From Candidatus Freyarchaeum deiterrae (GTDB lineage: Archaea; Asgardarchaeota; Jordiarchaeia; Jordiarchaeales; Jordiarchaeaceae), in assembly GCA_037305845.1 (NCBI GenBank), contig CP147778.1, forward strand, positions 1,152,001 through 1,216,000: a DNA stretch of 64,000 nt, given 5' to 3'. The notes under the pieces are model-generated. The model was not told the DNA's origin. It saw only the letters and a list, made by a program, of their open reading frames with translations, and did no database searches. Of this stretch, positions 62,144 through 64,000 are shown in pieces (position 1 is the stretch's first letter; each line of letters starts with the position of its first letter). The position numbers and the translations under genes are program-made.

Positions 62144-62950
62144 ATGCCCGAAGATAGCTACAAATACTGTTACCACTGCGGAACACAGATGGAAATAAGT
62201 GATACCTACTGTCCAAAATGTGGTGCTGCCGCTCCCCCACCGCCAAAATTCTGCATCATATGCGGAAAGAAACTAGCTCCCAACACAAAATTTTGTTCAA
62301 GATGCGGATTCGAGCAAACACTACCCGAATCAGTGGAAGAGCTAGAAGACCTAAATAACGTTAAATATATTTTTGTCCGAGATAATGCCGGATTAGCTCT
62401 CTACGAGCAGCCCCTTCTAATTTCCAACGAGTTCAACGCCGACTTACTAGCCGGCTTTACAACAGCAATTTCAGACTTTTCAGTAGAACTCGGCAAAAAA
62501 GGCATCCGGGGCTTAATTTTCCAAGAAAAAAAAGGCACCACCTCAAGAATGCTAGCAGAAGTAGGAGAATACGTAACCGTAGTTGCATTGATGAATTACG
62601 AATCCCGAAGCGTAAATAAAAAGTTAAAATTACTAGTAAAAAGAATCGAAAAAGACTGTGCCACCAATTTAAAAAACTGGAAAGGAAATGTTGCAGAAAT
62701 AAGACAAAAAATCATACCAATAGTAGAAGAAGTGCTCAAAGTAAGCAGACTCCAAGAATTAGAAGAACAACAAAAATTAGGCAAAACACGGAGCGTCACT
62801 CAAACAGAAAACGAAACATCAACAGAGGAAACAACTTCAGTCCAAACAGCAGACACAAATGACCAAACAAAAGACAATGATACTAGTGTAAACTCTCAAT
62901 ACGTAACCGAGAAAAACCGCCAAGCTCGAAACGGGGAAATTAGATTATAG
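62144..62950 (+). CDS. Double zinc ribbon + longin-like domain protein
   Basis: Four CxxC pairs, then YIFVRDNAGLALY..ADLLAGFTTAISDFSVEL longin pattern. Confidence 0.68.
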   Translation: MPEDSYKYCYHCGTQMEISDTYCPKCGAAAPPPPKFCIICGKKLAPNTKFCSRCGFEQTLPESVEELEDLNNVKYIFVRDNAGLALYEQPLLISNEFNADLLAGFTTAISDFSVELGKKGIRGLIFQEKKGTTSRMLAEVGEYVTVVALMNYESRSVNKKLKLLVKRIEKDCATNLKNWKGNVAEIRQKIIPIVEEVLKVSRLQELEEQQKLGKTRSVTQTENETSTEETTSVQTADTNDQTKDNDTSVNSQYVTEKNRQARNGEIRL

Positions 62951-63067
62951 CTTCACAAATTCGGAAAAATTTTATTTTTTAGAAGACAATAAATGATGAA
63001 TAAGAAAAGAGTTGTCAGATTCTTTTTAAATTTCACCAAAATAATAAAATGCAAGTGATAGTTCTCC

Positions 63068-63652
63068 TCACCGAAAAAGCTCCACCTTTGCTGTACCTAT
63101 TATAGAATTCTGAACACTGTAAAAGGTATGCTCTATTTTATTATCCTGCTTTTTCTGCTCGAAAATGATTTTTAGCCCTTCTTTCAGCCAACCTCTATAA
63201 GCAGCCTCATAAAGTTTAACATTTCCATCCTGTGGCGTCTCTATTTTATCAGTGGTTAATGAGGAACTTATTGTTGCGATCGGGGTTACCGCTTCCTGCC
63301 ATATTTCTAGATCCAAGAATTTTTTACTCTTCTCCTTATACTTTTTGACAATTTTTGCCTTGGAGTGAACCATGTCTCCAGGCCTCACCATGCCTCTGAA
63401 CTGTACATCGATATCCTTTAGTTCCCCGTCTTTTCCGAGCCAATTTACAAGAGCTTGTATCATATAGGCCATATCCAAAAGTCCGTGAGCTATAACGCCC
63501 TTTAAACCCGCCATGACTGCATACTGCTCGTTGGTGTGAATCGGATTTCCGTCCCCTGAGGCTTTAGCGTATTGCACTAATTGTTCTCTTTTTATCGGTC
63601 CTTTAATGTAAGGTGGTATTTCAAAACCTTCCATTATTTCGTTAAAATTCAA
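63068..63652 (-). CDS. MaoC-family dehydratase (catalytic subunit)
   Basis: Hydratase-2 motif YAKASGDGNPIH; IAHG; FRGMVRPGD. Confidence 0.88.
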   Translation of the reverse strand: MNFNEIMEGFEIPPYIKGPIKREQLVQYAKASGDGNPIHTNEQYAVMAGLKGVIAHGLLDMAYMIQALVNWLGKDGELKDIDVQFRGMVRPGDMVHSKAKIVKKYKEKSKKFLDLEIWQEAVTPIATISSSLTTDKIETPQDGNVKLYEAAYRGWLKEGLKIIFEQKKQDNKIEHTFYSVQNSIIGTAKVELFR

Positions 63653-63669
63653 CGCGTTTATTCCTCCGT

Positions 63670-64000
63670 TTAAAATCCTCCGGGTCTTATTATGAAGGTA
63701 GTGGTTACCCTAGACACCATTTCACCAATTTGATTTTTAACTGGTATACTTAACACTAAAAACAGCATTTCGTTTTTTACATAAATATCTTTGATTGTGA
63801 CCTGTAATTCCAGTTTATCCCCTGGTTTTACTGGAGCTAGGAATTCGTATCTTTGCCCACCGTGTAACAGTTTAGAAATGTCTTTAAAAATCCCTTCTTT
63901 TTGGAGCCCACCCAAAGTAGCAAATGAGGAAATCCAGTATACAGAGGTGAATTCGAGGGGGGCTACTAGTTTTTTGTCGTCTTTTTCAAGAAACTCTGGT
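63670..64000 (-). CDS. MaoC/FAS1-like hotdog dehydratase partner subunit (5' end outside window)
   Basis: Frame open to the window edge: ..LVAPLEF..LLHGGQRYEFLAPVKPGD. Confidence 0.8.
   Translation of the reverse strand, partial: PEFLEKDDKKLVAPLEFTSVYWISSFATLGGLQKEGIFKDISKLLHGGQRYEFLAPVKPGDKLELQVTIKDIYVKNEMLFLVLSIPVKNQIGEMVSRVTTTFIIRPGGF

Noticed and set aside
1-64000. tRNA, rRNA, integrase or defence genes
   Set aside because: None recognised by eye; a covariance-model scan is needed to exclude split or intron-containing tRNAs.

Overview
Gene-dense, AT-rich archaeal chromosomal DNA. It is very probably from an Asgard archaeon, since profilin, roadblock, longin and RING-finger eukaryotic-signature proteins sit beside core archaeal genes; I cannot assign the class. 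Contents: hdrCB, ribosomal protein eS17, serB, a compact archaeal-type (modified) mevalonate cluster with a divergent GGPP synthase, three TrmB-family proteins (one with a ~1,100-aa coiled-coil insert), the DUF39-CBS/NIL-Fer homocysteine pair, DNA ligase, AMP phosphorylase, proteasome beta, moaA, a GlcD/GlcF-like pair, a transglutaminase/DUF4350/MoxR/DUF58 operon, an HDAC, an RsmB/NOP2 methyltransferase and a MaoC pair. I saw no tRNA, rRNA, CRISPR array or intact transposase. The key finding is that hdrC is interrupted inside its second CxxCxxCxxxCP motif by a 39-nt, stop-containing insert (345-383). The insert folds into a canonical bulge-helix-bulge (AAA / CAAG:CUUG / AAA), and cutting at the canonical endonuclease positions exactly restores C-Q-E-R-C-P. 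This is a candidate tRNA-type (EndA/RtcB-spliced) intron in a protein-coding metabolic mRNA.
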